Below, piece by piece: positions 62,295-64,000 of a DNA stretch of 64,000 bases. The DNA lies in contig ML978121.1 in NCBI GenBank assembly GCA_010015805.1, forward strand, positions 3,038,001 through 3,102,000, read 5' to 3'. The first letter of the stretch is position 1; every line of letters starts with the position of its first letter. A program made the position numbers and the translations under genes. The notes under the pieces were generated by a model, which searched no databases, was not told where the DNA came from, and worked only from the letters and a program-made list of their open reading frames with translations. Origin of the DNA: Rhizodiscina lignyota. Lineage: Eukaryota.

Positions 62295-64000
62295 TGTTGC
62301 GAATGTGGTGGTCCAAGACCGGTGCGTGCGAGAAGTGAGAGGTGTTTGCGGAAGAGAAAGGGCGGGAGTGAGAGAAGGCGGTGTTGTGTGTTGCTTGTTG
62401 CTTGCTCCAGGGGGTTTCGGCGGATTCGGATTTGTCACCGGTCGGAGCTGTTCGAACACCTCTGCGCGCGAAAAATTCGGCGAGTACGGAAGGGCTGTCG
62501 CGAGTAGTTGTCGTTAGTGAGTGCGACAGAAGAATCCGAGAGGGAAGATGGTGGCTTTGAGGCCCGAGTGAAGGGTGGAGAGTGGGTGAAGGTGGAGGGC
62601 AGGAGCGCTGAGGCTGGTAGAGTGAAGTGAGACGTGCAGCGCGCCTCCGGGCCCGCTGATTGGCGGGTAGGCGGCGTGCCAAGCGGCAAGCTCCGTGCGG
62701 GCTGCCTGCTGCGAGCGAGAGAGGGCGACGGCGAACTCACCTGCTGTTCGATTGCGCGTTGCGGCGATGCTTGAGCAGCGAAAGAGCAGAGTGTTTGGCA
62801 GATGCAGCGCGTGGACGGGAGAGCAGTGCAAGCTGGAGGTAGAGACAGACTGCTCCGGACGGGCACAGGCGCGCTACGCCCGATGTGGAGCTGGAGAGCA
62901 GTGGCTGTCTGCTGCTCGCTGCAAGGATGCGCCAGCACGCAGGTCTCAAATCTATATGCCCGACCTCACCACCCCTACAGCCTACCACAGCTACGCTTGC
63001 AAACGGCCCGCACCCAGCGTGAGCTTGACGCATTTAATTCACCGGAATTTGCAGGAGAGACGACGAGGTGTGACGAATGCTGATAAGCCGGGAGTCCGGA
63101 GCAGTCGAGCGCTCCAGCTGGGCATTGGAAGTGCGCTCGCGGTCACACACGATACTGATCGCCGCCGCCGCAAGATGGCATTGACGAGAGCGCTCTCATG
63201 CTGCACTGCACCAGCGCATCATTTCCCCATCCTGCCCTGCGCCGTTCGCCTGTTTCTACTGCCTTAGCCGCAATCGGCCATTAGGTGAAGCTACGCCTCT
63301 CCAGAAAGTCTTTTTCAGCGCCGTGCCGGGGTCTTTGCCCTGTCGCCCGCAATGCTCATTTCCCTCCGCTTCCTTCAATGCGCTCCCGTGCGTAGGGACG
63401 CGAGCCAGCCCAGACACGTCTTCTAGAGCTTCTAGAAAAGGGGGTCGTCTATCCATGATCCAGCATCGTACGACCAATCCAGCTCCACCGCTTTTGCAAA
63501 ATTGGTCCCTTGAGCGTTTGAGCGAGCTCGGCTCTGCCGACGTTGCAAGCCATCCATCGCCCACCTTGCACCATCGCACCTTGCAGAAAGCCAACATCGG
63601 CCCTCTCCAGCTCTGCAGCTGGATTTCAAATCGCCCATCTGCTATATTAGGTGCCTTTGGAATCTCTAAAGGCGGGTACGTATGTACATGATTCGCACCA
63701 ATATCTACTTCTGGCGGCATATACAGCGTGCACCATGCCTCCGAATCCGTCAGCGCTCATTTCAATCATCGCATCCTTTTGGAATCAAACTCAGACGATC
63801 GATCATCGAACAATGCCGGGTAAAACGCGTCTTCGGCTCTCCGCGCCGTCTGTTAAAGATGAGAATGATCACCACCAGGATCTTCCCCGGTAACCGTCCT
63901 ATATCAGACAGCACTATTAGATCACGGGGCACGGGGTGCGCTCGCTTCCGCTTTCGCCATACATAACGCTTCGATAGATCATGCTAGATGAACGATCTCC

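Noticed and set aside
1..64000. tRNA, rRNA, CRISPR arrays, intact transposons
   Set aside because: No cloverleaf, rRNA signature, repeat-spacer array, transposase/RT motif or terminal repeat was seen by eye. Small ncRNAs could still be missed without covariance-model searches.

Overview
Eukaryotic, intron-containing DNA from a filamentous ascomycete. The short GT-AG introns with CTRAY branch sites and the gene set fit Pezizomycotina; the genus cannot be called from sequence alone. The window is gene-dense, with about 30 genes. Most are conserved: otubain, CSN2, CWC25, RHO3, an eIF4E-family protein, SWD2, a centrin-like protein, CDT2, SRP9/21, a Sec2-domain protein, RSM22, BMT6, INO1, PUS4, YPT7, THI74-like and a group I G-alpha. 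Two less commonly annotated genes are a MEIOB-like OB-fold gene and a DIM-7/Raf2-like RFTS gene. The least explained elements are two. (1) A single-exon gene at 20656-23598 encodes a secretory polyprotein built as [propeptide-dibasic site-~370 aa Cys/Trp domain] x2, ending in a truncated third spacer. (2) The left edge (1-3418) holds two tandem paralogues sharing an unrecognised ~50 aa N-terminal helical module plus a C-terminal RRM, one spliced through a GC-AG intron, next to a decayed AAA-ATPase fragment. No tRNA, rRNA, CRISPR array or intact transposon was seen. All product calls come from recognising motifs by eye, not from database searches. Multi-exon coordinates run from start codon to stop codon.
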